Assembly: GCF_006345805.1 (NCBI RefSeq)
Contig: NC_042997.1
Coordinates: forward strand, 54,374,001-54,438,000
Reading direction: 5' to 3'
Origin: Octopus sinensis
Lineage: Eukaryota
Length of the DNA stretch: 64,000 bases
In this document: positions 61,920-64,000 of the stretch, in pieces
Layout of the letters: each line of letters starts with the position of its first letter
How positions within the stretch are numbered: the stretch's first letter is position 1
Translations under genes and position numbers: made by a program
The notes under the pieces: model-generated
Seen by the model: only the letters and a program-made list of their open reading frames with translations
What the model was told of the DNA's origin: nothing
The model's database searches: none

Positions 61920-63076
61920 TGACAGTGTCTTGTAGAAATCCACAAATACAATCAATTCTTTTTGCTTGGAGATTCTGGGCTCCCCTATGATTCTTCTAAG
62001 GGCAAGAATCTACTAGTATTGATCTGCCTTTGCAGTAGCTGTTTTGGTTCTGTTAAAGGATGAGATCAATGAGGGGAAATTCTATGAAGGAGCATGGAGT
62101 TTTAGATCTTTGAGGTTAGAGGTGAGAGTGTAATTCCTTTGTAGTTCTTAGGCAAGTAAGAATTACCTTTTCCAAAGTTGATTAACAGAAAACGTCAAAA
62201 AGACTTAGTTTGTTTCCTTTATAAGTCTCCTCACAGATGTTTGTAGAAGAATAGCCTATTCCAGATGATAACAGGGATTCTCTCTGGATTTAGTGTCTTC
62301 ATTTTTCTTAACCCTTTTTGTAATTTTTTTTTCAAAGCCTCTTCTATGGTAAATGGGCCAGTCTAGATTTTTAGGTTATCTTTGTGGTTGAAGACAGGAA
62401 TGTCATTAAGTTTGGAATCTGTTTTACCAATCTGTTTTAAGTATGAATCTGTTTTACCAAGAAGCAATCTGAAATGCTGAAACCAGGTGTTGAGATATTG
62501 GTATGAATCATTAAGGAAGTCTTGTTAAATGTCCTCAGATCTATCCAAATTTCAGCATGCTTATTTTCATTGTGGAGGTTGTTGAGTTCTTTAGTTTTGG
62601 ACTTGACGCATGCTTCTACTGCCTCATGGTACATCTCATCAAGTACAATGTTAGCTGAATTGAAATTTCTTTAATTGTTCCTTGTAGAACTAGAACAATA
62701 GCTATGTGATATCTGCAGTAAAATATTTTCTACAAATAACCAAATATTTTATAATAATCTGCTTTCTTCAGATCCATTTTGGTCCTTGTTACTATCTTAT
62801 TGGAAGCAAAAGTTAGTCTCTTTTTCTCCTTTGGGATAAATTCCAGTGCTATATTTCTGTTATCAGTGATGATATATTTCTGTTATCACATACAGCACTA
62901 CCATTCAATCCTGTTACAAAAACAATGACGAACTTGTCAAGTACTCCAACGGTAATCTCTTTAAATTTATTATCATCACCTACTACTTTTCCCTTATTGA
63001 TTTGCTTCATGTGATCTGTGGCTGATATTTTGTTTTTGCATAAACCTATTTTGATTAACTCTGTAGATTTGCTCAT
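61920..63076 (-). mobile_element. Decayed LINE fragment (pre-RT region and RT start)
   Basis: Reverse strand: GKGNSYLPKNYKGITLSPLTSKI, QNQNSYCKGRS, LRRIIGE, FVDFYK, matching the KG..NYRGITL, NQxGFRxGRS and FVDFxKAFD motifs. Confidence 0.75.
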
Positions 63077-64000
63077 GCTGGGTTAAACTAGACAAGTTTC
63101 TTTGTAATCTTTCCCCATATCTCTCTTCATTACCATCATTGTGTTTCAAGCCCAGATCTTGTACTCTTATCAGACCTTCCTTCTCAAAACTACAACCTCT
63201 TGAATTTTCTCCATACCCAGTTTACCTACAAACATTGACTTAAATATTCCAGCTATAACATCAAGCCCACATCAATCTTACAAGTGAAAGTGGAATGTGT
63301 AACTGGCTCTCAAAGATTTGACTGACTATAAATAATAATTTTAGTCCCTAATATGTGATTTAGTTATATAAATAAGATTGCTGAATGCAAGCTTTCGTAA
63401 CTTTTTGTAGCTTTGAATATATTAGTTGTGTGTATTCATAATTAGAAAGAATAAGATACAAGACTCTTTAGCATGTTTAGTGGTAGTCTTTGTTGTTGAA
63501 TGATAGTAAGTTATTGTCCCCATGTATGAAAATCTGCTCGAAGTCATTGTTCATGACAGCAGTGTATTTCTGGTATGAGGTATCTAGGTTGTTCCTCAGA
63601 AATTCATAACATAGTTCTCTTCTTATTCCTCTCCATTTAAATAGACATCATATTTTACTAACTGGGAGTAATACCTAACAGAATTATCTTTTACCTTCCA
63701 TACCTTCCTTCTAATTGTTATTTCCTCCCAGGTCTTCTTTGACTTCCACTTCAAATTGTTAAACACTAACATATATTCTCTTTCTCTGGTTAGGGCAAAA
63801 GTAATCTCCGCTTCATAACCATCCACATGACATGCAGATGAACTAATGGTTGACTAACTTCTTTAAGTTTGTAGTGTGAATGCTAAAATAATTTGCATTA
63901 GAAAAATGCAAGAATTATTTGTGCCATATTTCAAGGAATTATTTGTGCCATATTTATCAGTGTACCATACTTGTCTTTCCTGACATGACTGTTATAATTA

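Overview
AT-rich, CpG-depleted, microsatellite- and transposon-dense animal genomic DNA. The repeat families and zinc-finger style suggest a coleoid cephalopod, probably Octopus (inference). Two genes are supported. (1) An 11-exon PPM1H/PPM1J-like PP2C phosphatase on + (ATG 14707, stop 48732; all ten GT-AG junctions are phase-consistent; 1527 nt = 508 aa), with intact metal-binding motifs but unusual substitutions in other conserved motifs. (2) A single-coding-exon C2H2 zinc-finger gene on + (60637-61551). Most other recognisable sequence is decayed mobile DNA: RTE-type and other LINEs, Gypsy-type LTR remnants, a Helitron helicase fragment, SINEs, TTAA-flanked piggyBac-type MITEs and a TA-flanked MITE. 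The most unusual signal is three unrelated non-coding repeats carrying type I hammerhead-ribozyme folds with palindromic helix III: a ~415-bp tandem-plus-inverted unit in phosphatase intron 8, a ~460-bp head-to-head palindrome of a tRNA-headed element at 2.9-3.4 kb, and a 38-nt minimal motif in intron 4. They look like retrozyme-like or Penelope-derived elements. All folds and alignments were done by eye; repeat boundaries are approximate.
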